Shown here piece after piece: positions 30,801 through 39,285 of a stretch of DNA of 64,000 nt. Source of the DNA: Nitrososphaerota archaeon (GTDB taxonomy: Archaea > Thermoproteota > Nitrososphaeria_A > Caldarchaeales > Caldarchaeaceae); assembly GCA_041641305.1 (NCBI GenBank), contig JBEPYN010000002.1:416001-480000 (forward strand), read 5' to 3'. Under the pieces are notes generated by a model. The model was not told the origin of the DNA and searched no databases. It was given only the letters and a program-made list of their open reading frames with translations. The stretch's first letter is position 1. Every line of letters starts with the position of its first letter. Position numbers and translations under genes: made by a program.

Positions 30801-31798
30801 GTTCCGTTAATCAAGGACATGCGGTAGCCCTCATCATAGGCGTTGTAGTATCCTCCGCCACCTGTGTCAAATATGGTCTTCTGAGGAGTCTTCAAAACAT
30901 CTCTCATTATTTCTATTATTTGTTCGCAGGTCAGGTTGCCTCCGCGGGGCAGGTTAGCGCATACCTTGTCCCTGTCTATCTCGGGAGGCTGCGTAAACTC
31001 AGCAATGAGAAACGGGTACCACAACGTGTCGTTCTCCCTGTCATAAACCGTGTACCTCACGCCTCCCTCCATTTCGCCAACGGCCCTGCTGGCTATGCTA
31101 AGCTTCTGGATATCAGCGGCCTCCATGATGCTCTGTTCCACATAGCCCGGCGGAGGAGATGCCGCCACTATCGCGACCGGGAGGGCTAGAGTCAAAGCCG
31201 CTCCCAGCACCATCATTGTCTTCCCCGCTGTTCTCGCGAAAGGAATAGCGAAGAGCGCCGCTCCTATAATAAAGAGGGTTGGCGCGACGCCTTTAGCCAA
31301 GCCCACGAAGGCGACCACACCCTCCATGAAGACAACAACCCCCGACAACAGCTTGGCAATGAATATGAGCAGGTTGAAGACGGCGCCGAAGATGAAGCTC
31401 GCTATCGCGGACAGAAGTATCCCCACGCCCGAGAGCCAAGCCGGCAGAAGAGCAAGCATCACGATGGATTGCAACGTGCCGAGACTCATCGCCGCAAGGT
31501 TCACCGCCTTGAGCCACTCGAACGCCATGTCCCTGCTCGCATGCGCCGACGCAATGGCGTCGTCGAAGGTGGCCGTCAAGGGCAGGCTAACTCCCATGCT
31601 CTGCAGGTAACCTGCTAACACAGGCTTGAGCAGCGCGATGCTTCCGACGATAGACAGGATGGCAGCCGTTGACCAGCTATGCATCATCGCTGTCCACCCC
31701 CATCTCCTGAACTGGGGGAGCGGGAGGCTGAAGAGAACTAAGCCGGCTCCGTATACGAGGGCCGCAATCCCGAAGGCAATCTCAGCTTCGTTAGCCAT
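27812..31798 (-). CDS. very large CedA/TedA/VirB6-like membrane protein
   Basis: N-terminal YGAGLVLFSLPLP..RRWG multi-TM region similar to 31805..32659, a large Cys-containing soluble region with many NxT/S sites, a further TM helix and a charged tail. Confidence 0.6.
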   Translation of the reverse strand: MANEAEIAFGIAALVYGAGLVLFSLPLPQFRRWGWTAMMHSWSTAAILSIVGSIALLKPVLAGYLQSMGVSLPLTATFDDAIASAHASRDMAFEWLKAVNLAAMSLGTLQSIVMLALLPAWLSGVGILLSAIASFIFGAVFNLLIFIAKLLSGVVVFMEGVVAFVGLAKGVAPTLFIIGAALFAIPFARTAGKTMMVLGAALTLALPVAIVAASPPPGYVEQSIMEAADIQKLSIASRAVGEMEGGVRYTVYDRENDTLWYPFLIAEFTQPPEIDRDKVCANLPRGGNLTCEQIIEIMRDVLKTPQKTIFDTGGGGYYNAYDEGYRMSLINGTYARRVWFLNMWVTLYDTSPRNITVHKVPEDPDPSAMACTGTDPDREFFFGGWDDGSISCNPYLIWKERWESFWKASNLYNETSLWMVAANRNTTFVWFTEQPWGTKKEDLNIYGITLPKVRETRWQVNETYTCETDGNSSTVETCWRWHYYTRGDYSGNKSVYFVYLNMDDYDVCWHIDPIHGGPVNGTDICERRLGTPSWSYEFRPFTSNPPSWNHTVMDSSFAEIQAAGFIDGYGPYVLPQSVEAIDRNEPLELNAPTQQKKVFVTANQTIIRDSYDGYPEVPDSLSYSFRVIFTASESMPYLPPVEWHKFDEDREYTRELASGGYVPDNILGISVDNFRGEWARYQNFRQGLYRDGPSHEATRRINAELLRYREEHWENNATIFNTSIPLAKSVSTILYKYAKGTYAGSDIQISVLPILMTDVGSVRILKPLSELIGQSFAIGLAIGLLAIIIDSFQSLVGGQSVMMKYVVGKVGNITHAAKFMTTFTGAVRRMARVDMLARWAQRRQENQLLKAATEAREKNRKTWDKVAERTRFSGIMERMLDKRRELEGRGGIVARAERLALGVMTRSYTVRVAMSAVRSDPKFAESVRNAYAERLTMKGYSLEEATRKADLLIGWAKQSRIVEARPEKVAQGFANMLKPSTMSQRITLVDSFARSDFGKHVVGAALIEGILSPTVGKAAGWMSMRLSASGHASAGAFFGYVSDQLDGRIRAPAAFTLAADNNPFSPEGVKPLVTPAYVPEFRTGILHPAGSAEQPLIRQHDYGGDPSDVKHAYDMHRSYGTPEDYKRFQERFEEYMWIVANPYDPDFRLTNLMDGGDRIVVETSMGTYEVSKNELDEFMKVMEEMGARAHAASAKGYDVSPADYQPGPGVSELQQQYMDSLREKIISGADDPKTLDELFSVADSLGKREDAASFVERVGSESDGEFKVPWWAAGREDVSEHMSWGDFGKKENDVGDTVESQMPPEWGQAGAESGKNGGENEWKRKSSD

Positions 31799-31804
31799 TT
31801 CTCA

Positions 31805-32659
31805 TCACCCGAAACCAAGCGAGGCTGCTACCCCGCCTATACCCTTGCTCAGGGCAGAGGCAGCCGCCATCACAATACCCCATCCAGCGAGCGAGCCCAA
31901 GGCGAACCTCCACATCCGCATGATGGTGTTGTCCTGAGCGTTAAGCAGCCAGCCCACGAGGTCGAAGACATTTTGAAAGGTTCTACCGAGGTCTGTGCTG
32001 GCGACATCGTCAAGACTGCAGGGCTTTGCCTCCCCAGCGCTGCAAGCTATCAGGCCTATGGCCGGTATGTAGGGGCCGGCGGCTGCGAAGGCCAAAGACG
32101 CCGCCAGAAGCCAGCCGCCTATACCCTTCAGCTTCCCACCGGGAACCGCTAAAAGCGCCACACCTATCGGCGCAAGGGCGACCGCTAAGCTTCCGAAAAC
32201 GGTCAGGAACACCATCAGAGTGAAGCCTGTGATTAACGTGACAGAGAGCGCGAGCCCCGGCAGAGAGGCGATTACGCTAAAGATGTTGGCTATCGCCGGC
32301 CCCACTATAGGTATCAGAGCAGTACCCATTCCTATGCCCGTAATGATGGCCAAAATGGTGAAAGCCTTCATACCAAGCCCCATGTATATGTCAGGTAGTG
32401 AAGCACAGGGCGTCCTCTCCGCAGAAATAGCTTGGGACACCATGCCGACTATGCCGTTGAAGGAGTTAGCCGTCCCGAGGATAGCTATGAAGCCGGCTGA
32501 GACGAGGGCATAGCTGATAAGCTGTCCACCCCAAGAACTTCCATGACCTCCGGGTAGGGGCAGCTTGTGTAGGGCGAGTCCAATCCCATAGCCTATGGCT
32601 ATAAGCGACCAAGCAACAGCCGCCCAGGCTCCAAGCCCGGAGTATTCGCAGGCTATCAC
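31805..32659 (-). CDS. CedA/TedA/VirB6-like polytopic membrane protein
   Basis: YGIGLALHKLPLP...WGGQLI pattern, several TM helices and C-terminal ALSKGIGG, as in crenarchaeal CedA-type proteins. Confidence 0.6.
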   Translation of the reverse strand: MIACEYSGLGAWAAVAWSLIAIGYGIGLALHKLPLPGGHGSSWGGQLISYALVSAGFIAILGTANSFNGIVGMVSQAISAERTPCASLPDIYMGLGMKAFTILAIITGIGMGTALIPIVGPAIANIFSVIASLPGLALSVTLITGFTLMVFLTVFGSLAVALAPIGVALLAVPGGKLKGIGGWLLAASLAFAAAGPYIPAIGLIACSAGEAKPCSLDDVASTDLGRTFQNVFDLVGWLLNAQDNTIMRMWRFALGSLAGWGIVMAAASALSKGIGGVAASLGFG

Positions 32660-32731
32660 GGATAACCACCTCTAACCATAAACCATATTTTGAAAAAATA
32701 TGGAGGGGGTTGGCCCCAACATGTTCACCTA

Positions 32732-33175
32732 CTAGAATCGGGGCACCTCCCATGGGCTGCTCGGCTGCGGCGGCGTGGTACCAAAGCCAGCGCCTGTCGT
32801 GGCCACGGTTGCGGCAAAGTAGAGCAGGTAGACGCCTAGGGCTGCCAGCCCGGCGAGTATCAGGGCGCTGTCAAGAAGCTGGCCGCCGGCGTCCTTGGTT
32901 CTATGGCTCCCCGTCGGCAGGAACTTTAATGCTAGACCTGAGCCCAGCAACGCAGCCGCTATCAGGAGCAGGAGCTGCCCAAACCCTGACACCGCGCCCT
33001 GAAACGTGTTGGCTATCGCCGCAGGCCCTCCTCCTTGCCCCGTCTGTTGAGCCATTGCAGCAAGCAGCAGGTGCGCGTTGGCAGCCGCTAGGCTTATGGT
33101 CGTGGTCGCGAGCCGCAGCCTACCGCTTCTCAGCCCTTTTACGAGGTTTGACCCTTTCCGGGTGTGGTGCTTCAT
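32732..33175 (-). CDS. VirB2/CedA1/TedC-like pilin precursor
   Basis: Leader followed by two hydrophobic helices separated by a short charged loop (KFLPTGSHRTKDAGGQLL); first gene of the transfer operon. Confidence 0.6.
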   Translation of the reverse strand: MKHHTRKGSNLVKGLRSGRLRLATTTISLAAANAHLLLAAMAQQTGQGGGPAAIANTFQGAVSGFGQLLLLIAAALLGSGLALKFLPTGSHRTKDAGGQLLDSALILAGLAALGVYLLYFAATVATTGAGFGTTPPQPSSPWEVPRF

Positions 33176-33196
33176 GGCTTTCTCGAGACCATCCTC

Positions 33197-33588
33197 AAAT
33201 ACGATAATACTTAAGCTTTGGCTGAATCTGAACACTTTTGGTCGGCCACCTAGGTCGGCCAGTTTGGTCGGCCACTCTGGTCGGCCAAAGCTTATAAAGG
33301 AGCATTTTTCATATAACCCCGTTATGGCCGCTTCTTAATATAGCTATGTTCGCATTTTTCGCACTTGGCTCTATAAGCCTTTTATCACCATTTCTTTACT
33401 TTTTAATACTTTTTCAGGAATTTTTTGGTTATCTGGTATTTTTTTGTGTGCAAATTACCTTCCGCATTATTGATAAGCTTATCGGTATGGTTTTTCATGT
33501 TGGTCGGCCACATACTGTATATATTTTTGCTGGTCGGCCAGTTTGGTCGGCCACTCTGGTCGGCCAAAGCTTAAGTATTATCGTGTTT
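33197..33588. repeat. iteron array and AT-rich core bounded by 29-bp inverted repeats (putative origin / divergent promoter region)
   Basis: GGTCGGCCA at 33240, 33253, 33266, 33279, 33502, 33532, 33545 and 33558; inverted repeats 33197-33225 and 33560-33588 (27/29 match), each containing AAAGCTTAAGTA. Confidence 0.85.
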
Positions 33589-33599
33589 TAGGGTTGTTG

Positions 33600-34545
33600 A
33601 ATCCATGCGAGATTCGATGAAGCCTGCGGCTGGCTGAGCCGGGATGGGGCGTCAGCGGAGCGCTCCGACGACGGGGTCCGGCAGGTACCCCGTCGCCCGA
33701 GGGCTGGGCGCCGGCATGCCTGGCCCAAGGTCCCAGGCATTCGCATGGATGAATGCCGAAGCCGGCGATGGATAGGTGGTCCGTGACGGAGAGGGGCTCC
33801 CCGGAGGGTGAGAAAGCCACGCACCACACCCGGAAACCCCGCCCAGGGAACCCCGTAGAATAAACCATCAAGCCCCCATATATTGTTTACCGGGGGTCTC
33901 GGGTGGGGTATATGATGGGTGTCCCGTGAGCGGTCGGGGTCAGGGCCCGGGGTCATCCCGGGTGAGGCTGGATGGTCCAGCAGCCTGCGACGGGTAGCCT
34001 CGGGAGCTTGGCGTGGTCCACCAGAGTATATCCGGGGGATTGTGGGATGATGGCTGGGGCTGGCTCGGCTGCCCAAGGGGGCTGGGCAGGGCTTGGATGG
34101 TTCATCCAAGTGGGTGCTACCCCGCCGGAGCTGGTGCAGCCGGCTGGTGTCCATCCCTTGGACGGTTTATCCAAGGGGGTGACGCCGGCCCAACCCAGAG
34201 CCATTAGAATCACTAGAATGTCCTCTCCGTCTTCTCTGGGCTTCCGCGTCCGGGTTGAAGCCGCCCGCCCAGAAGCCGCTACAGATAACAGCCCCACACG
34301 GACCGGGGTGCGGCGAAGAGGCGGCTAAAGACCCGGGACAAGGGGGAGAACGGTTGGCTGATTCTCCCCGCCATCCCGGAGCCCACACCCGGGAAACTCT
34401 TCCCGGCAACGCCCGTTCACGCGGGCGGGGGGCTCAACAACACAATGCCCCCCGAAGATGCCAGGGAAACTCCGGAGGTGGGCTCTCCGGAATTGTCGTC
34501 CGGCGGGGGGAGACGCCCTCGATGGCCCGTCGGGGTTGCGAGGTG
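33600..34545. other. GC-rich, hairpin-dense non-coding region
   Basis: Many perfect or near-perfect stems and no credible ORF. Confidence 0.6.
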
Positions 34546-34561
34546 AAAGAGAAATGAAGAC

Positions 34562-34813
34562 ATGATGATTCTTTTGCTTGACGGCGGCTCTATCAGTGCA
34601 TCGATAGCAAGCGCTATAAGAGATGTGATTCTGTTGATTTTCGACATCCTGACCCCGATAATCAATATAATCGGGGTCGGCATGATTGCAATAGGGCTCC
34701 TGCTGGGGCTCGGACTCCGGCAGGAGTTCCTCGGCTTCCGATTAGCTATCGGCGGAGCGCTGGCTCTTCTAACTGTCCATGTTCTAGTGCCATTTTTATT
34801 GTCATTCATCTGA
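34562..34813 (+). CDS. small two-TM pilin-like (VirB2/CedA1-like) protein
   Basis: 83 aa with two hydrophobic helices joined by LRQEFLGFR; GAGGTG ribosome-binding site upstream. Confidence 0.6.
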   Translation: MMILLLDGGSISASIASAIRDVILLIFDILTPIINIIGVGMIAIGLLLGLGLRQEFLGFRLAIGGALALLTVHVLVPFLLSFI

Positions 34814-34997
34814 CTTCTCTGACCTCTTAGCGACCCAAACTCCCCTCCTTTTTTTCCGTGGAGGCTTTCTCCCCCCTTTCGTATTGTCTGTTAGTGTCCG
34901 CCCTCGCGGGCGGAGCCTCCGGTCCCCGAGTCCGGGAGGCTTCCGCCCTTGTGGGGGAGAGGGGCGGAGAAGCCTCCCGGCGGGAGGGGTGAAAGAC

Positions 34998-35135
34998 ATG
35001 AGTGACTTCCAGAAGGTGTGGGGAAGCGAGGACAGCTTCTTAACCTACCAAGCCAAAACTCGGAGGTCATACCTCCGAGTCCGGGCTAGTAGGTGGGAGG
35101 AGCTCGTCCTCCATCTCCAGAACCAGCTCTTTTGA
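34998..35135 (+). CDS. small hypothetical protein (45 aa)
   Basis: ATG after a GGAGGGGTG ribosome-binding site: MSDFQKVWGSEDSFLTYQAKTRRSYLRVRASRWEELVLHLQNQLF. Confidence 0.45.
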   Translation: MSDFQKVWGSEDSFLTYQAKTRRSYLRVRASRWEELVLHLQNQLF

Positions 35136-35273
35136 CTGGCTGTGACAGCGCCAGCCAGCCAAAACACCCCTTCTTTTTTTCCTTCATATGCCCATACGCC
35201 TGAAACATGGCGTCCACCCCATAATCATTAAATGGGGTGGCGGGGGTGGTTGGCTGGCTCGCGCCTGGCTCCA

Positions 35274-35557
35274 TGCCCGTGTGCTGGGGCTGCATAGGCC
35301 TTGCCCGTGAGCGGGTCTATGCATCCTGCGCCCTATACACCGGCCACCCCCGCAGGGTCTTGCCCGTGTGCGGGCCCTGTGGTGAGCTTGCCCGTGAGCG
35401 GCTCCGGTGTGTGGGGGGCCTGCTTGCCCGTGTGCGGCGGCTGTCTGCAGGCAGGCGCTTGAGGCGGGTGACAGGGATGTCTCCTGCACCATGTGTTTGC
35501 CGGACTTGCCCGTGAGCGGTCGGCATACATGTGGGGAGCCTTCCTGCCCGTGCGCGG
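35274..35557 (+). repeat. seven dispersed copies of TGCCCGTG(A/T/C)GC(G/T)G
   Basis: Copies at 35274, 35302, 35361, 35389, 35425, 35507 and 35545; related copy near 33922. Confidence 0.85.
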
Positions 35558-36121
35558 TTGGCTCCAGCGGGAGACACCCAAGCAGACGACATACAGACGA
35601 TGTTCAGAGGTTGTTCAGATGCTCCGCCAAGGAAGCTCTCGGAGCCATCTTATCCATGGGAGAGGCATGGTGTCTCTTCCATGGGCTTACTCTATCAAGG
35701 CGCCGTGGGGGTGCTTTGATGGAGAGGCTCCTAGCCCTGTTGGCGGAGACAGGTGACGAATAATGCTTCCGAATATTTCTGACGACATCCCCGAAGATTG
35801 ACACTGGTTCCATGGATTAAGCAGCCGATTCAACAATACCTAGGAGATACAGAGGTTCAAGGTATTCTGATAAGCAGTCGGATGACTCTAGATAACTACA
35901 ATGGTCTCAACAGGTCTCTAATAAACGCCGACAAAAACAGGTCAAAGACTATCAACGATACTTAGCACCTCCCTCGGCGGGCCAACCCCGGGAACAGGGG
36001 CTGGGAGGATGCGGAGACTCTCCCGGGCCGCATAGGCCCGCCTCCCCACAAAAACACGGGGAGGGAAGATGACCCTCCAAATCCTCCAAAAAATCCCCTG
36101 GCTCCCGGGGGTAAGGTCTGG

Positions 36122-36466
36122 ATGGCGACCAGGGACTCCGCGGATGGGCGGGTCCGACCCGTCCGTGGAAACACTGCCCATCGGCCATATGGTGTGGGGG
36201 TGCAGAAGAAGTTGACAAGTAGTCTGCTGGTACCCGGATTGATAGCTCTGGCATTGGTCTATGGGATACAGTTGGTCAACGAGGGGCATCTGTTCGAAGG
36301 TGTTCTGTTGATGGTTGTAGGTATCTTTGGCGGAGTGTATGCTGAATACCTTCTGCAGAGATGGCGCATGAGTTACTGTGACTACTGCGGGGGCAAGATG
36401 AGGAAAGATGTCGGCGGACTATACTACTGCGACAGATGCAGACGCTTCGCTCCTCGACGGGCCTAA
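36122..36466 (+). CDS. small membrane protein with C-terminal Zn ribbon (true start likely near 36193-36199)
   Basis: Two TM helices, then CDYC...CDRC. Confidence 0.65.
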   Translation: MATRDSADGRVRPVRGNTAHRPYGVGVQKKLTSSLLVPGLIALALVYGIQLVNEGHLFEGVLLMVVGIFGGVYAEYLLQRWRMSYCDYCGGKMRKDVGGLYYCDRCRRFAPRRA

Positions 36467-36480
36467 GAGGGCGTGCAGGC

Positions 36481-37944
36481 ATGTGGGCTAGAGTTTTTGT
36501 GACACTGATAATCATCTTTGGCTTCGTAGGGTACGCTTGGTATGCAGCCATGTTAGCCTCTCAGAGATTGTTTGAACGTGGAATCATCAAAGAATCACCT
36601 ATGCCAACAATAGATGTCAAAACAATAACAACACAGGTGGCTCAGTACACAGGCATCGCTGTAACCCTGCTAATGATAGCCATTGTGGTAAAGAGGGTCG
36701 TTGAATCGGGTAGACTTCTGGGCGTCATTAAAGTCTCCGACCTTCAGAGGCATCTACTACTGCTTGGACCAACCGGTAGCGGCAAAACAAACACTGCTAA
36801 ACAGGCGATTGCCTTAGCCGTACGTCGTGGTGTCAGGGTAATCGTCATCGACTGGAAAGCCCTCTTCTCTCCGCCAGCGTTTTTCACGTCTCCCCAGCTC
36901 AGTTCCGCCGCATAGGGTTCGCGTGGAGCTTCTGGCGGAGCTGGGAGGGCCCAGAAAGGCGAGTACGTTAACTTCATCAAGGGAGCCTCCGTCGTCAGGA
37001 AACTCAACGTGTGGGACAACGGTGGTAGGTCGCCGAAGGAATGCGCTGTCCTCGCTGTCGAGACATTGAGAGAAATTACACGCGATATCGCAGATGTTTC
37101 ATCCGCCAGCGCAGCCCTTCTCCTGAGGGAGCTTGTAAAGCTCTACGGGAGAGGGGTGCCGAAGACATCCGACGTAGTTTCAGCTCTTGAGAAGTTCATA
37201 AACACCGCAATGGCGGAGCGGAGACTTGCCGAGGCGAATATGGCTTCTGCATTGCTTAGAAGGATGATGTGGCTCCAGATAGACGAGGAGAGGCCTGCGA
37301 AGAACATCATAGGCTCTGACAGGGTTGTTGTCTACGACTTATCAGAGCTCGGAAGCGTCTACCTGAAAACCATCTACAGCCTCAGCATCCTTTCAAAGAC
37401 CTACTACGGGGCCCTTAGACAGGGACAGTCCCAGAAACTAGAGACGCTGGTGATTGCAGAAGAGTGCCAAAACTACATACGTGGTAGGCGTTTCGACGAG
37501 CCTCCGTCGATTGGTGAGAGAATGGCTAACGAGCTGAGGGCCTACGGCGTCGGCATGGTCCTGATAAGCCCGGACCCTGTCCAGATACCCTGGCACCTCG
37601 CCAGAGACGTTGCAGCAGTAATATCCATAGGACTTCAGGCGATACCCGACAGCGTCAAGGACCTGTTGAGAACAATTGACCCCAAACAGGCGAAGAGAGT
37701 AATGATGGGTAAGAAGGCCTACGTCTATTACAACGGCAAACTGAAGACAGCCTCTCCGCCCAAGCCTCCAAAAGAAATAGAACTAAACGTTGACGTAAAA
37801 GAGGTGATTGAAGAGACTAAGCCTGAGGAGACTGTCGAGACTACTGCTACACAACCAGACAACTCTGGGGCAGAGGAGAGTGTTCAGACAATGCCGATAG
37901 AGCAGAAGGAGCCTTTGGAGGAGGCCCAGAGAGGCGTGAATTGA
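36481..37944 (+). CDS. membrane-anchored HerA/VirB4-like ATPase, spliced: join(36481..36857,36957..37944), 454 aa
   Basis: Walker A LLGPTGSGKT in exon 1; removing the BHB intron gives VIVIDWKGEY; Walker B region VIAEECQN and LRAYGVGMVLIS in exon 2. Confidence 0.85.
36858..36956 (+). other. BHB-type mRNA intron 1 (99 nt)
   Basis: Central helix CUGG/CCAG, bulges AAA/AAA, long inner stem; contains an in-frame TAG. Confidence 0.8.
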
Positions 37945-37990
37945 TAGAGAGCCGGGGAAACCTCCTCTAAGGCTTGAAGAAGATGAAGAG

Positions 37991-38755
37991 ATGGTCGATG
38001 AAGACGAAGAGCAGGTGACAGAGGCCCCGCATGGGCGCATACCCCCACGGGAGGGAGTCCCGCCAAGATGATGTGGTGGTTGTGAGCGCCCCGGGAAAGC
38101 CGAACCACAGACACAACAAGAAAAAGCAGAAGAGGAGCAGGCAGATGAAACCACTGGTGGATTCCCCCTCCACGGCCACATGGTCGTGGAGGAGGCTTTC
38201 GCTGACGAGTCGGTTCTACGATGTGTTAGATGTGGGGCTTCGGCCTCGCTGACAGAGGCTACACAACTCATGGAGAAGCCTTGCCAAGAACCTCGAATGA
38301 CGCAGGATAACCTTCAGACCCGGTGCGGATGTGGACGGCCGGCGACAAAGCTTATGCCGTCATACGACCCGATAACCATGACGTTTAAAGACCTCTGCCT
38401 GTGCGACGGCTGTGCCAACGACTACCTCAACATCCTCAGGAGGTCAGGCCCAGCCCTAGGCAAGATGAGGGGGAGAATACCTGCGAACGGCTATTGGTTC
38501 AACCTTTACAACACCGTCTTCCAGGAGCTGGCTGGGACATACCCGTGCCCAGCCTGCGACCAGTTCTTCGACGACCTGTATTCCGCGGTCAAACACTTCG
38601 GCGAAAAACACATCGACAAGACAAAGACTCCAGAGGAGGTTGTCATAGACGGGGTTCCCGCCCTTAGGACATGGCAATACATATGGTGTACAAAATGTCT
38701 GAGGTTCTTCGAGAACGAGCGACATTTCCGTTCACATCTCCGAGACCATAGGTGA
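37991..38755 (+). CDS. acidic N-terminus plus multiple Zn-finger protein, spliced: join(37991..38031,38098..38755), 232 aa (possible ATT start at 37940)
   Basis: CxxC pairs and C2H2-like CPAC...H....H and CTKC...H...H; the frame is open across the intron except for the intron TGA. Confidence 0.7.
38032..38097 (+). other. BHB-type mRNA intron 2 (66 nt)
   Basis: GGC-CCCG-CAU-GGGCGC pairs with GCGCCC-CGGG-AAA-GCC, a strict helix-bulge-helix-bulge-helix; contains an in-frame TGA. Confidence 0.8.
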
Positions 38756-39120
38756 AGCAGATGAAGTTCAGGGGAAAAATTTACAGGGATGGGGGAAGGC
38801 TGAAGCTGGTCTTTGACAAGCCCCTCCCGCGTGGGAGGGTGACGCTGCTGCTGACGAGGGTGGACGGAAAGGCTATGGAGTTGAAGTTCGATACAATGAT
38901 AACCAACAACGACCCCTATCGATTAAAGTGTCGGTTGCCACCGTTCCCGGAGCTGAGGCCCGGGGCGGTGGTCGAAGGAATAATCGAAGACGAGCTTAGA
39001 TGCCGCTGGTGCGGAGCCAAGTGCTCCGCACTCATCAACAACCTCTGCGACCATTGTTTCGAGGTATTCAACAGCCCCTACAAACCCCCTCTGGGAGAGG
39101 GTTGGGGAAGGCTGACGTAG
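38752..39120 (+). CDS. hypothetical protein with C-terminal Zn finger
   Basis: CRWC...CDHC; GTGA overlap with the upstream gene. Confidence 0.65.
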   Translation: MKQMKFRGKIYRDGGRLKLVFDKPLPRGRVTLLLTRVDGKAMELKFDTMITNNDPYRLKCRLPPFPELRPGAVVEGIIEDELRCRWCGAKCSALINNLCDHCFEVFNSPYKPPLGEGWGRLT

Positions 39121-39285
39121 ACCACCGGCCAAAAACCCCAACCTCCGGGCGGTGACCCGGGGTAAAACCCGGGCGCCCCCGGCTATTTTTTCCAAGGGGC
39201 GTGTCCCGTCGGGAGCTTTCCCGGCGGGGCATGCGCCCCCTTGGCCGGGAGGCTCCCTAAGAGGGCCGCTCCGGAGGTCTAAAAA

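Noticed and set aside
33240-33566. CRISPR array
   Set aside because: The repeats are 9 bp with mostly 4-nt gaps and there are no cas genes; iterons fit better.
33346-33591. 81-aa Phe-rich ORF
   Set aside because: It is a by-product of the T-rich core and runs through the iterons.
33600-34545. RNase P RNA, SRP RNA, hammerhead ribozyme, or the overlapping ORFs here
   Set aside because: I could not find their conserved core motifs by eye. The ORFs are Pro/Gly/Arg-rich shadows of GC-rich DNA.
35274-35557. CRISPR or TIGR array
   Set aside because: The motif is only about 13 bp and the spacing is irregular (28-82 bp).
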